Positions 8,095-18,323 of a stretch of 64,000 bases of DNA are shown in pieces. Origin of the DNA: Lachnospiraceae bacterium (GTDB lineage: Bacteria; Bacillota; Clostridia; Lachnospirales; Lachnospiraceae); contig JAFUAE010000108.1 in the NCBI GenBank assembly GCA_017460845.1, forward strand, positions 15,567-79,566, in the 5' to 3' direction. The first letter of the stretch is position 1, and each line of letters begins with the position of its first letter. The notes beneath the pieces are model-generated. The model worked only from the letters and a program-made list of their open reading frames with translations, did no database searches and had not been told where the DNA came from. Position numbers and translations under genes: made by a program.

Positions 8095-10382
8095 ATAGTA
8101 TTATTAGGTTCGTTTTTTTGCGCTTCATCCATCTCTTCGTTATACTCCGGGAGGATGACATTTGCCTTATAGAGATCCCCGTCGATCTCGATCACCAGCT
8201 TTCCGCCCATCAGAGTCGTCAGGCTCTTGGCAATGCTTAAGCCAAGTCCCGAGCCCTCCGTGCTTCTGGACACATCTCCGCGGATGAATCGCTCGGTCAG
8301 TTCGTCCGGGGAAATATTCAGCCTGTCCTGGGAAATGTTTTTGATGGAGAAAATGCAGTTTCCGTTTTCTTTCCTGACATCCGCATAGATCCTGGTGTGC
8401 TCCATGGAGTACTTGGCGGCGTTATTCAGAAGGTTTTCAAATACCCTCCACAGATGCCGTCCGTCGGCCAGGATATAGACGGGCTCCTCGGGCACGCTGA
8501 GGTTGAATTCCAGATTCCTCTTGGCAAATTTATCGTCAAATTCACCGCCCGCCTGGCCGGCAAGCTCCGCCATATCGAGCCGGCGCATTTCCAGCTTGAT
8601 ATTGCCCGAGCTGGCCTTGGACGCCTCGACCAGGTCCTCGGTCAGATTTTTAAGACGCGCGGACTTGCGGTCCAGCACATCGATATATTCCTTGATTTTC
8701 TCGTCTTCGATATTCTCCCGCTTCAGCAGGTCCACATAATTGATAATGGAGGTAAGCGGCGTTTTGATATCATGGGATACATTCGTGATCAGGTCCGCCT
8801 TGAGTCTGTCCGCCCTGACCTGTTCGCTGATCGCATGGCTTAAGCCGTCGGAAATGCTGTTAATGCTTCTGACCGCCTCCAGCTCGCCCCCGCTGTATCC
8901 CTCTTCATCGATCGTGTATGCCACATTTCCGCCGGAGATCTGCTTCAGCGCCTTATTGATGGCGGCACGCTGCTTTCTGCGTCCGTACAGAAGCACATAG
9001 ACCGCAATGTCGACCGCCCCGGCGAAGACAAAGAGCATAATCGCTGCAAATACGTAAAACCGCGAAAGCATGGCGTTCATACTGCACCAGACTCCCAGGC
9101 CGATGCAGACCGCGTTGACAATCATGAACAGGCCGTAGCCGGCAACCGTGCTCCAGATCATGTCGGTGCTGTCATCCGCGAGAGCCAGCATGCCCCTGCG
9201 CAGCAGGGAATTATAAAAGACACCTCCGTGGTAGGACCTGCGGTACATGGAGCAGAGGATGACCACGCAGAAAATATAGACAATGACCATTTTGGCGGTC
9301 TTGCACCAGAAATTCCAACTGCCCTCTTCCGCCAGCACCTCCATAAAATTGTAAAGGCCGATACGGAACATGCCGTAGACCGCAACAGCTCCGAAGGCCA
9401 GGATCAGGATCATGCTTTCCAGGGGGAGCCTGTCCATCACAAATACCTTCCCGGTCTTTGCGACATCGGAATCCCTTACGATCGGCACCAGCGTGATCAG
9501 CATGAGAACCGCTCCGCCGATCAGCATGGCCAGATAATAATATGCGTTTTTGATATAGCCCTCAAAGCTGTCCGCCGCGGCGCGGTAACGGTCCGCGTAC
9601 AGATACATGGTATCAATGCCGATTTCAAGAACATTGCCGTCAAGATCCGCATACGGAAAATCATTGATTCCCTGCATGATGTTGTCCGGCTGCGGCACGA
9701 TATTGGTCGTGACTGAATAATCGCTGCTGACGACCAGATACTTGCCGTAGGACTGAACGGAAGAACTCAGATCCTCCGCATTGGAGACCACCAGCTCCTC
9801 TTCGTCATCCGTAAGAAAATATGCCGCATACTGGAAGTTCGATTCCGGAGAGTCGTAGATCGCCTTCAGGGAGTAATACTCCGCAATGCTGCGCAGCGTC
9901 TCGATGCACAGATCCCGGATATTCATCACGCCCTGCGAAGGTCCCGGTACGATGTTCTGGAAATAATAGGGGTCGTATTCCTTATAGGTGACGCGGATCT
10001 GATAATTGTTGACGTCGCTGACGCGGTTAACGACCAGACTGTGCGAATCATTATCCAGCGTATAACCGAATTTCTTGGAGAGGGTCAGGATGTCGCCCAC
10101 CGTATAAACGATGCCGCCATTCATGCTCTCTGCGGTCACGATCGTCTTTTCCTCATCCAGGCTGTTGTCGGTCTCAAAGGCTTTTTTCAGGACCGCCAGG
10201 CGCTTGATCCCGGCAATGTCGCTGCTCACCATTTCCGAAAACCGGATCGAATCTTCAAAGGAGGAGCTGTTGATCCAGCTGATCCCGCGCCCTCTCACGG
10301 AATAATCGCGCAGCGAAACAAAGCCTGCGAGAACAAGCAGCATGGCAAGGATATGAAGAATGATCAGAATACTGCGCTTCAA
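8091..10382 (-). CDS. Sensor histidine kinase with a large extracytoplasmic domain
   Basis: 763 aa. N-terminal TM helix, an extracellular region of about 270 aa, then several TM helices. H-box is SHDIKTPLTSIINYVDLL. N and G boxes are NLLNNAAKYS and GSGLGLSIAKSL. Confidence 0.9.
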   Translation of the reverse strand: MKRSILIILHILAMLLVLAGFVSLRDYSVRGRGISWINSSSFEDSIRFSEMVSSDIAGIKRLAVLKKAFETDNSLDEEKTIVTAESMNGGIVYTVGDILTLSKKFGYTLDNDSHSLVVNRVSDVNNYQIRVTYKEYDPYYFQNIVPGPSQGVMNIRDLCIETLRSIAEYYSLKAIYDSPESNFQYAAYFLTDDEEELVVSNAEDLSSSVQSYGKYLVVSSDYSVTTNIVPQPDNIMQGINDFPYADLDGNVLEIGIDTMYLYADRYRAAADSFEGYIKNAYYYLAMLIGGAVLMLITLVPIVRDSDVAKTGKVFVMDRLPLESMILILAFGAVAVYGMFRIGLYNFMEVLAEEGSWNFWCKTAKMVIVYIFCVVILCSMYRRSYHGGVFYNSLLRRGMLALADDSTDMIWSTVAGYGLFMIVNAVCIGLGVWCSMNAMLSRFYVFAAIMLFVFAGAVDIAVYVLLYGRRKQRAAINKALKQISGGNVAYTIDEEGYSGGELEAVRSINSISDGLSHAISEQVRADRLKADLITNVSHDIKTPLTSIINYVDLLKRENIEDEKIKEYIDVLDRKSARLKNLTEDLVEASKASSGNIKLEMRRLDMAELAGQAGGEFDDKFAKRNLEFNLSVPEEPVYILADGRHLWRVFENLLNNAAKYSMEHTRIYADVRKENGNCIFSIKNISQDRLNISPDELTERFIRGDVSRSTEGSGLGLSIAKSLTTLMGGKLVIEIDGDLYKANVILPEYNEEMDEAQKNEPNNTI

Positions 10383-10396
10383 TGATGTTACCCGTA

Positions 10397-11098
10397 TTAT
10401 TGTTTTTCAATCTTATAGCCGACGCCCCAGACGACCTTCAGGTACTTTGGTTCTCTCGGATTGATCTCGATCTTCTCCCTGATATGGCGGATATGCACCG
10501 CTACGGTATTATCCGCACCGATCGCCTCCTCGTTCCAGATCTGCTCGTAGATCTCGTCAATGGAAAAGACCTTTCCGGCATTTCTCACGAGAAGCAGAAG
10601 AATGTTGTATTCGATCGGGGTCAGCTTGATCAGCTCCCCGTCTACAAATACTTCCTTATTGTCGTCGTTGATCGTCAGTCCGCCGCATTTGAAAACAGCC
10701 TGCGAGGAGCTTCCCGCAATGTTGCCGAGCTGCATGTACCTGCGCAGCTGGGATTTTACCCTCGCCACAAGCTCAAGCGGATTGAACGGCTTGGAAATGT
10801 AGTCGTCCGCACCGATATTAAGACCGAGGATCTTGTCATTATCTTCGGATTTTGCCGAAAGAATGATGATCGGAACATCCAGCTTTTCCCTGATCTTCAG
10901 GGTTGCATGGATCCCGTCCATGCCGGGCATCATCACGTCCATAATGATCAGGTCGACCTTCTGACCGGAGTTCATGATATCAACAGCCTCTTTTCCGTCA
11001 TAGGCCTTGATGATCTTATAGCCCTCGCCCTCCAGATAAATGGAGATCGCCTCTACTATCTCTTTTTCATCATCGCATACAAGAATCGTACTCTGCAT
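10397..11098 (-). CDS. OmpR/PhoB-family response regulator
   Basis: 233 aa. Receiver domain (ILVCDDE..., LIIMDVMMPGMDG, ILSAK) plus a winged-helix C-terminus (LTPIEYNILLLL..., VAVHIRHIREKIE, YLKVVWGVGYK). Confidence 0.92.
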   Translation of the reverse strand: MQSTILVCDDEKEIVEAISIYLEGEGYKIIKAYDGKEAVDIMNSGQKVDLIIMDVMMPGMDGIHATLKIREKLDVPIIILSAKSEDNDKILGLNIGADDYISKPFNPLELVARVKSQLRRYMQLGNIAGSSSQAVFKCGGLTINDDNKEVFVDGELIKLTPIEYNILLLLVRNAGKVFSIDEIYEQIWNEEAIGADNTVAVHIRHIREKIEINPREPKYLKVVWGVGYKIEKQ

Positions 11099-11151
11099 TT
11101 TGGCCTCCTTTTTATTCTTTCGGTGTTGGCAGCTGCTGTGTCAAATATGAA

Positions 11152-12765
11152 TCAGGCGAAAATACGCCATGCTACAATAAAGTTATTTCTCCACCAGTTG
11201 GAAATGGAACGGTGAACGACGCGTCCGTTGGAGGACGATGCGTCAATAACGGTTCCTCCGCCCGCACAGATGCCGACGTGTCCGCTGACTACGATAATGT
11301 CTCCTGCCTGTACGCTGTCAATGCTGGAGATCCTCTGGTATCTGCCCGGATTTCTCCATCCGCTTGAGGTCAGGTAGGACTGGCCGACGCCGGCCTGGTT
11401 CAGGCACCAGTATACGAATCCGGAACAGTCAAAGGAATTCGGTCCCTTGGAGCCCCAGACATACGGACAGCCGAGCTTGGAGGAGGCGATGCCGATCAGG
11501 TTGCCCGCGGAACCGCTGACGGTAGCGCCGCCGGCTCCCACTCCTGCGGAGGAAGAACCGCTGCCCGAGGAGGATCCGCTTCCTGAAGAGGATCCGCTGC
11601 TTCCGGAGCTGCCCGAATTGCTCTGTCCCGTAGACGCCGCCGGTACCTCCGCCGGCTTCTTTCTGGCATTATCCGACTCCAGCTTGCTCATGGTCTGGAT
11701 GCCGACCGTGCCGTCCTGCGTCAGGTTGTTATATCTCTGGAACTGCTTGACTGCAGCTTCCGTCGCTGAGCCGTAGTAGCCCGTGATCAGTCTGGAAGCC
11801 AGATATCCGTAATGATTAAGGCGCTTCTGTACGATCGTGACGGAATCCGAAGAATCGCCGACACGCAGACCGAAGGGCTTTGCATTGGAGCTGTCCATCG
11901 CGATCCTCGTATCCGGACCGAGATAGCCGTCCACGACCTGGTCGTTACGGGACTGGAATTCCCTGACTGCCCTCTCTGTTGCGCCGCCGAAGTTGCCGTC
12001 GGCTTCCTGTCTCAGGTATCCGAGCGCCACGAGACGCTCCTGATAATGCTTCACAAGGTCGGACTGCTCGCCGATGCCGATCAGGTTGGCCTTGACCTCA
12101 TCCGAATACAGGAGATTGATCGTTTCCTTTCCGACAGCGCCGTCAACGGAAAGACCGTTTCTTTCCTGCATTTTCTTAACGGCCGCCTCAGTTGTATCGC
12201 CGAAATGCCCTGTCAGGGAGTTGTCCATCAGATAACCCAGCTGGTAAAGACGCTGCTGGATATGGACAATATCGTCTCCGTCGTCGCCGTTCTTTACTTT
12301 GTAATACGGGGCATCCGCCGCGAAAAGCCTGTCCCAGGTATCGATTCCGCAGATGCCGTCCTGCTCGACGCCCTGCTGTCTCTGGAACTTGCGGATCGCA
12401 TCTGCGGTCGCATTTCCGTAATAGGTCGTCGGGTCATCGTTATCCATATAGCCGAGCGACATCAGCCTGCTCTGCACCTGTACCACGACCTGGTGCTGGT
12501 CACCCGGTCTCAGATATGCCGGTGCAAGGACTGCGTTGTCCTCCGCTGTCGTAACATCCTCGAGCACGGGAAGCACTTCCCCGTCCATATTTGCCTTAAT
12601 GACGGGCTCCGCTTCAAACTCCTCTTCCTGCTGGATCTCGATGACCGTCTCCGTCTCGGAAGCGGAGGTCTCGCCCGCGTCCTGCGCCTGGCTGCCGCAT
12701 GCCGCAAGCAGAAGCGCCGCTGCTGCCGTCAGACCTGTTAAAACTGTTTTCCTGTAATCAGACAC
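11152..12765 (-). CDS. Secreted peptidoglycan hydrolase: lipoprotein signal, four PG_binding_1 repeats, Ser/Gly linker, C-terminal NlpC/P60 (C40) domain
   Basis: 537 aa. Lipobox is LLAACGS. A repeated V..(L/I)Q.RL..LGY....(D/T)G.(F/Y)G..T..A(V/I)..FQ motif occurs four times. The C-terminus has GCPYVWGSKGPNSFDCSGFVYWC and SGHVGICAGGG. Confidence 0.85.
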   Translation of the reverse strand: MSDYRKTVLTGLTAAAALLLAACGSQAQDAGETSASETETVIEIQQEEEFEAEPVIKANMDGEVLPVLEDVTTAEDNAVLAPAYLRPGDQHQVVVQVQSRLMSLGYMDNDDPTTYYGNATADAIRKFQRQQGVEQDGICGIDTWDRLFAADAPYYKVKNGDDGDDIVHIQQRLYQLGYLMDNSLTGHFGDTTEAAVKKMQERNGLSVDGAVGKETINLLYSDEVKANLIGIGEQSDLVKHYQERLVALGYLRQEADGNFGGATERAVREFQSRNDQVVDGYLGPDTRIAMDSSNAKPFGLRVGDSSDSVTIVQKRLNHYGYLASRLITGYYGSATEAAVKQFQRYNNLTQDGTVGIQTMSKLESDNARKKPAEVPAASTGQSNSGSSGSSGSSSGSGSSSGSGSSSAGVGAGGATVSGSAGNLIGIASSKLGCPYVWGSKGPNSFDCSGFVYWCLNQAGVGQSYLTSSGWRNPGRYQRISSIDSVQAGDIIVVSGHVGICAGGGTVIDASSSNGRVVHRSISNWWRNNFIVAWRIFA

Positions 12766-12833
12766 CTGTTTTGCCGTCCTTGTGTTAGTAAAAAATGAAC
12801 TATACTATCATACCATAGAGGCATGCCGACAGT

Positions 12834-14561
12834 TTATCTTTTCCTTTTCTTTTTTCTTAATCTTCGCTGCACTTCCAGGTCCATGCGGATCTGCTGTGTC
12901 CCGGTCATATCCCCGGTCCTTTCAAGCCTTTCGGCCCTGCGCCTTGCCCTGCGTCCGGCCTGCTGCTTTTCCCTGATGGTTCCGATGACAGTCAGGAGAA
13001 CGAAAAGAGCGATGAGAGCGCCTGCGGCATAAGCGGCATACCTCAGAACGGTGCCTGCCTTCACGCCGAATACTTCCTTTTCCAGCCAGCTGTTCCTGCC
13101 GGCCGCCATATTGCCGTTTCCTGCTGCAGCAGCTGTCTGGGCGTTTTCCGGGGCAGCCCCGCCGCTTTCCGTGCTGCCGCCCGCAGCTGTCACGTTTTCC
13201 TGAGAAGCGCCTGCAGCCGGATCCGCGGCAGTTTCCGCATTACCTCCGGCTTCAGCATTTGCCGCTCCTTCTTCCTGCGCCCCCGTTTCAGAAGCATCCG
13301 TTTCGTTTACGAAAGGAATGCCCAGTGCATTTGCAAGCAGCGGATCCGTTTCGGCCGCCTCGGTCAGCTCGGCGCCGTCCCCGATATCCATCAGCTTCAG
13401 ATCTGCTGTTCCGACCACTCTGTCTCCATAGGTATAGGTCAGCCTTGCGGAAGCGGCATTTTCCGCGGGATCCGTGATCTCGAGGGATTTTTTGACCTCA
13501 ACAAAATTGCCGCCCTTCGGGATCGTGATCCTCGTATCCGGATCAATGCCAAGCGTTACGGATTCGACCATGTTGACGCCGCCGATCCTGTAATCCGAAG
13601 CAATCACGGAATTGGTGCTGTCATAGTCCGTCACGACGAGCGATGTAAAATTATCAAAACCGAAGTCCATCAGTCTCCGGGTATCGTTATAGTGATTTGC
13701 GTGAGCATTCAGCACACAGGTGACCAGGGTCATGCCGTTCTTCCTGCAGGCGGTCACAAGCGTATTTCCGGCAGTCATGGTATATCCCGTTTTTCCGGCG
13801 ATCGTCCCGCTGTAATACTGGCTTGAATTCCGCTTGATCATGGAATGCTTCGGATACACCGTGTTCCACGGGTCGTCGGCATTCGGATATCTGCGGATCG
13901 GCGCGTGGGTCCAGTAGGTATGGCCTTCAATGTCCAGAAAACGGTCGTTTTTGATAGCCGCAGCCATGATGCAGCACATATCGTAGGCGGTCGTATAATG
14001 GTTTTCATCCGTCAGGCCCGAAGGATTATTAAAATGAGAACCGCGGCAGCCGACCTCCGCCGCCTTCATGTTCATCATTTTCACGAATACGGCCCGGTCG
14101 TCCATACCGTCTTCCTTCAGCTCCGGATGCTTGGCGCCCACATGCTCGGCGAGTGCATTTGCAACCTCATTAGCTGACTGGAAGAGCAGACAGTAGAGAC
14201 AGTCGAGCACGGACAGCTTATCTCCCTCAGACGCACCGATGATGGTAGAGTTTTCCTCCTCGATATGCACGGCGTCATAGGAAAATGTTACCTGCTCGCT
14301 CAGGTTTTCGCAGTTTTCAAGCGTTACGAGCGCTGTCAGCACTTTTGTGATCGATGCGGGATAATAAGCGGTATCCTTGCTTTTTCCAAACAGTACCACA
14401 CCCGAGTCCGCATCCATCAGGCAGGCGCCCTCAGATGCGACATAACAGTCGTCCGCCCAGTTTTCCAGCGCATAAGCGCGCATCAAAAGAGACGGACACA
14501 GAAATGTCCATATCAAAAAAATGCATATTGATCTGCAGAAAATATGCCTGAAATGTTTCAT
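12834..14561 (-). CDS. D-alanyl-D-alanine carboxypeptidase (S11, low-molecular-weight PBP) with a C-terminal membrane anchor
   Basis: 575 aa. Motifs are SxxK (PASITKVLTA), SxN (FQSANE) and KTG (AGKTGYT). An Ala/Glu/Gly-rich linker leads to the TM helix AGALIALFVLLTVIG and a basic tail. Confidence 0.85.
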   Translation of the reverse strand: MKHFRHIFCRSICIFLIWTFLCPSLLMRAYALENWADDCYVASEGACLMDADSGVVLFGKSKDTAYYPASITKVLTALVTLENCENLSEQVTFSYDAVHIEEENSTIIGASEGDKLSVLDCLYCLLFQSANEVANALAEHVGAKHPELKEDGMDDRAVFVKMMNMKAAEVGCRGSHFNNPSGLTDENHYTTAYDMCCIMAAAIKNDRFLDIEGHTYWTHAPIRRYPNADDPWNTVYPKHSMIKRNSSQYYSGTIAGKTGYTMTAGNTLVTACRKNGMTLVTCVLNAHANHYNDTRRLMDFGFDNFTSLVVTDYDSTNSVIASDYRIGGVNMVESVTLGIDPDTRITIPKGGNFVEVKKSLEITDPAENAASARLTYTYGDRVVGTADLKLMDIGDGAELTEAAETDPLLANALGIPFVNETDASETGAQEEGAANAEAGGNAETAADPAAGASQENVTAAGGSTESGGAAPENAQTAAAAGNGNMAAGRNSWLEKEVFGVKAGTVLRYAAYAAGALIALFVLLTVIGTIREKQQAGRRARRRAERLERTGDMTGTQQIRMDLEVQRRLRKKKRKR

Positions 14562-14590
14562 ATCATTTCATATTACAATAAAACACGCAG

Positions 14591-15964
14591 TTAGTCAAAA
14601 TCCAATGCTTCCAGCTGCGGCCGGACATGTTTTTTCATAAAGAACAGGCAGAGCGAAAGGGAGACCAGCTCCGCGATAGGAAATGCAAGCCACACGCCGT
14701 TCAGCCCGATCAGGCGCGAAAGGATATAAGCGCTCGGCAGAAGCACCGCGAGCTGACGGATGATCGAGACCCACATGCTGAGGACACCGTGTCCAAGCGC
14801 CTGGAATGTGGAAACACAGATGATGGAGGCGCCTGCCAGAATGAAATGCGATGCAATGATGCGCAGCGCCGGTCTGCCGATTTCCTTCATATGTTCGGAA
14901 GCATTGAAAAGTGCCAGCAGCGGATCCGGTAAAAACTCGAAAATGATCGTGCCGATCACCATCATGGCCGAAGCATAGAGCAGGCCGTATTTCATGGTCT
15001 CCCTGATACGGTCGGGCCTGCGGGCGCCGTAGTTGAAGGCTATGATAGGCACCACGCCGTTGTTGAGGCCGAATACCGGCATGAACACAAAGCTCTGGAG
15101 CTTGTAATAAACGCCGAAAACAGCCGCCGCCGTACTGGTAAAGGAAAGCAGGATCTTATTCATGCCCAGATTCATCACAGAACCGATGGACTGCATAATA
15201 ATCGAAGGAATGCCCACTGCATAGATCCGCTCGATCGTTCTCCTGTGCGGTCTCAGATAACGCTTTGCAAATGTGATCTCCGGATTCTTTTTCAGATTGC
15301 AGTAAATGCCGATCATGCAGGCAAGTCCCTGTCCGAAAACAGTTGCGAGCGCAGCGCCCTTTGTGCCCATGGCCGGCAGGCCGAAGAGTCCAAAAATCAG
15401 GATCGGATCCATGATGATGTTTGTGATGGCGCCGACGGTCTGGGAAATCATGGAATAGAAGGTCTTGCCCGTGGACTGGAGCAGACGCTCAAAGGTGATC
15501 TGGAAAACCAGGGCGGGCGCAAGTGTCATAATGACCATCAGATAGTCATACCCGTGATGCCTGATATCGGCATCGGGCGTCATCATGTGATAGTAAAAGC
15601 CCGAAATGAAACGTCCCGCGATCACGATCAAAAAGGCATAGATCAGGTTGATCGTAAGGGCATTTCCGGCAGTATAATTTACTTCCTCATAATTGCGCTC
15701 TCCCAGTTTGGCGGAGAGTCTTGCATTAATACCGACTCCCGTGCCGCCGATCACGGAGATGATCAGCATCTGCACCGGGAACGCAAGCGATACGGCAGTC
15801 AGGGCATTCTCACTGATCCGCGCCACGAATATGGAGTCTACGATATTATACAGAGCCTGTACGATCATGGACACCATCATCGGCAGGGACATTTTCCAGA
15901 GCAGCTCCCCGCACGGCATATAGCCCATTTTATTCTGATTTTTTAATTCCGGTTTCTGATTCAT
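14591..15964 (-). CDS. MATE-family efflux transporter
   Basis: 457 aa, about 12 TM helices. Contains LWKMSLPMMVSMIVQALYNIVDSIFVARISENALTAVSLAFP. This is the third MATE paralogue in the first 16 kb. Confidence 0.85.
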   Translation of the reverse strand: MNQKPELKNQNKMGYMPCGELLWKMSLPMMVSMIVQALYNIVDSIFVARISENALTAVSLAFPVQMLIISVIGGTGVGINARLSAKLGERNYEEVNYTAGNALTINLIYAFLIVIAGRFISGFYYHMMTPDADIRHHGYDYLMVIMTLAPALVFQITFERLLQSTGKTFYSMISQTVGAITNIIMDPILIFGLFGLPAMGTKGAALATVFGQGLACMIGIYCNLKKNPEITFAKRYLRPHRRTIERIYAVGIPSIIMQSIGSVMNLGMNKILLSFTSTAAAVFGVYYKLQSFVFMPVFGLNNGVVPIIAFNYGARRPDRIRETMKYGLLYASAMMVIGTIIFEFLPDPLLALFNASEHMKEIGRPALRIIASHFILAGASIICVSTFQALGHGVLSMWVSIIRQLAVLLPSAYILSRLIGLNGVWLAFPIAELVSLSLCLFFMKKHVRPQLEALDFD

Positions 15965-15996
15965 TGATTATTTTTGTCATCTTTCTTTCTCTGCAG

Positions 15997-16033
15997 GAAA
16001 AGCCGTACAGGAGCAAACCCTGTACGGCTTTTC
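15997..16033 (-). terminator. Rho-independent terminator after the pyrophosphatase gene (bidirectional shape)
   Basis: 11-bp stem AGCCGTACAGG (16001-16011) with CCTGTACGGCT (16018-16028), flanked by A-run and T-run. Confidence 0.7.
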
Positions 16034-16070
16034 ATAATGGAATCAATAATTCCCTCAATCACCAAAAGGA

Positions 16071-18077
16071 TTATTTTGAGATGATATTTACAAGGATTCC
16101 GCCATAAGCAGAGATCAGCGGTGCAAATACCAGAGAAATAACTGTCATCAGCTTGATCAGGATGTTGATGGACGGTCCTGATGTATCCTTGAACGGATCG
16201 CCGACTGTATCGCCTACGACTGCAGCCTTATGAGCCTCTGAGCCCTTGCCGCCGAAGTGGCCGTTCTCGATGTATTTCTTTGCATTATCCCAGGCGCCGC
16301 CTGCATTGGACAGGAAGATCGCCATCAGTACGCCGGTGACCAGAGCACCTGCCAGAAGTCCGCCAAGTGCTTCCTTGCCGAGCAGAAGGCCCATTAAGAT
16401 CGGAGCGATAACCGCCATAACACCCGGACGGATCATCTCTCTGAGGGCTGCCTTTGTGGAAATGTCAACGCAGCGGTTGTAGTCCGGCTTTGCCTTCTCT
16501 TCCATGATGCCCGGGATCTCTCTGAACTGGCGTCTGACTTCCTCGATCATGCTGTGAGCAGCTCTGGAAACAGAAGACATGGTCCATGCGGAGAATACGA
16601 ACGGAAGCATGCCGCCGATAAAGATACCGATGATAACAAGCGGATCCATGATGTTGATTTCCTGAATGCCGACGACCTCAGCATAGGAAACGAACAGAGC
16701 AAGTGCTGTCAGGGCAGCGGAACCGATTGCGAATCCCTTACCCATAGCAGCTGTGGTGTTGCCGACTGCATCCAGAGAGTCTGTGATCTCACGAACGCTC
16801 TCGTCAAGGTGGCTCATCTCAGCAATACCGCCCGCATTATCAGCGATCGGGCCGTAAGCGTCAACTGCGACTGTAATACCGGTTGTGGAAAGCATACCGA
16901 CTGCAGCAAGTGCAATGCCGTATACGCCTGCGCATGCATATGCAATGAAGATACCGACCGCAACAAAGAGGATCGGAAGCGCTGTGGAAAGCATACCTAC
17001 GGAAACACCTGTAATAACAGTCGTAGCGGAACCGGTCTGTGCGGACTCGGCGATTTCCTTAACTGAGCTGTAATCTCCGGAGGTGTAGATCTCGGTGATC
17101 TTACCGATTGCAAGACCTACCAGAAGACCTGCAATGATTGCGACCGCATACTTCACATTGCCCATCATGGAAATGGAAAGTACGATGGAAGCAACAACAA
17201 CGACTGCTGCCGCGAAATAGGAACCTGTGTTCAGAGCCTTAGCCGGATTGGTATTCTCGCCGCCCTTTACGAACATGGAACCGATGATGGATGCGATGAT
17301 GCCGCAGCCTGCAAGTACAAACGGGAACAGAGCTGCCTGGCTTACGCCTTCAGCGCCGCTGTTTGCAAGTACAACACCCAGTGTGACTGCAGAAACGACT
17401 GCACCGACATAGGACTCGAAAAGGTCAGCGCCCATACCTGCAACGTCACCGACGTTATCACCGACGTTATCTGCGATAACTGCCGGGTTACGCGGGTCAT
17501 CCTCAGGGATGCCTGCCTCGACCTTACCTACAAGGTCAGCGCCTACGTCTGCAGCCTTGGTGTAAATACCGCCGCCGACACGGGCAAACAGTGCGATAGA
17601 GGATGCGCCGAGTGAGAATCCCATCATGACATTCGGGTCACCGGTTGCAATATAAACGATGGAGGTGCCCAGAAGTCCGAGACCTGCCACGCACATACCC
17701 ATAACGGAACCGCCTCTGAACGCGACTGTCAGAGCCTTTGTCATGCCGCCTTCCTTTGCAGCGTTGGCTGTTCTGACGTTTGCCTTAGTTGCAACGTCCA
17801 TGCCGATATATCCTGCCGCGATCGAGAAGCATGCGCCAAGTACAAAGCAAACTGCCGTGATCCAGCTGATACCTAAACCAATAAGAACAAACAGAACTGC
17901 GATGAAGATGACCAGAACGCGGTACTCCGCGAAAAGGAATGATTTTGCTCCGCCGTGAATTGCAGAAGCAAGCTCAGCCATTCTCTCGCTGCCCTCAGTC
18001 TGTTTTGTTACGTAAGATGCCATCGCGAACGCAAATACAAGCGCGCAGATAGCCGCAACAACTGATAAAAAAGCCAT
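16071..18077 (-). CDS. hppA: Membrane-integral ion-translocating (K+-stimulated type) pyrophosphatase
   Basis: 668 aa. Contains [40 protein letters not shown] and [15 protein letters not shown], the signature segments of H+/Na+-PPases. Confidence 0.92.
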   Translation of the reverse strand: MAFLSVVAAICALVFAFAMASYVTKQTEGSERMAELASAIHGGAKSFLFAEYRVLVIFIAVLFVLIGLGISWITAVCFVLGACFSIAAGYIGMDVATKANVRTANAAKEGGMTKALTVAFRGGSVMGMCVAGLGLLGTSIVYIATGDPNVMMGFSLGASSIALFARVGGGIYTKAADVGADLVGKVEAGIPEDDPRNPAVIADNVGDNVGDVAGMGADLFESYVGAVVSAVTLGVVLANSGAEGVSQAALFPFVLAGCGIIASIIGSMFVKGGENTNPAKALNTGSYFAAAVVVVASIVLSISMMGNVKYAVAIIAGLLVGLAIGKITEIYTSGDYSSVKEIAESAQTGSATTVITGVSVGMLSTALPILFVAVGIFIAYACAGVYGIALAAVGMLSTTGITVAVDAYGPIADNAGGIAEMSHLDESVREITDSLDAVGNTTAAMGKGFAIGSAALTALALFVSYAEVVGIQEINIMDPLVIIGIFIGGMLPFVFSAWTMSSVSRAAHSMIEEVRRQFREIPGIMEEKAKPDYNRCVDISTKAALREMIRPGVMAVIAPILMGLLLGKEALGGLLAGALVTGVLMAIFLSNAGGAWDNAKKYIENGHFGGKGSEAHKAAVVGDTVGDPFKDTSGPSINILIKLMTVISLVFAPLISAYGGILVNIISK

Positions 18078-18116
18078 AACCTTCTCCTTAACCCTTATTT
18101 TTTTGTTTTTGAGTTA

Positions 18117-18206
18117 CCAAGCTTCGCGACAGCCACGCTGTCACTACGCATACATGAAAGTAGCGCTCAAGCGTCGCCAACGGCTCGCTTTCGCTGACTT
18201 TCATAG
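18117..18206 (+). repeat. Copy of the repeat family (C)
   Basis: Sequence CCAAGCTTCGCGACAGCCACGCTGTCACTACGCATACATGAAAGTAGCGCTCAAGCGTCGCCAACGGCTCGCTTTCGCTGACTTTCATAG. Stem is ATGAAAGT/ACTTTCAT. Shares AACGGCTCGCT with copy B and ACGCATACATGA with copy H. Confidence 0.65.
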
Positions 18207-18323
18207 TAAAATACATATGCATCCAGATTACCTGCATGCATATGAAAAAATTCCTTTACCTTTTTTAGCACATTTTCCGGCATATTAAAAGTACTTAAAT
18301 GCGTCCAATGTGATTTTTATGAT

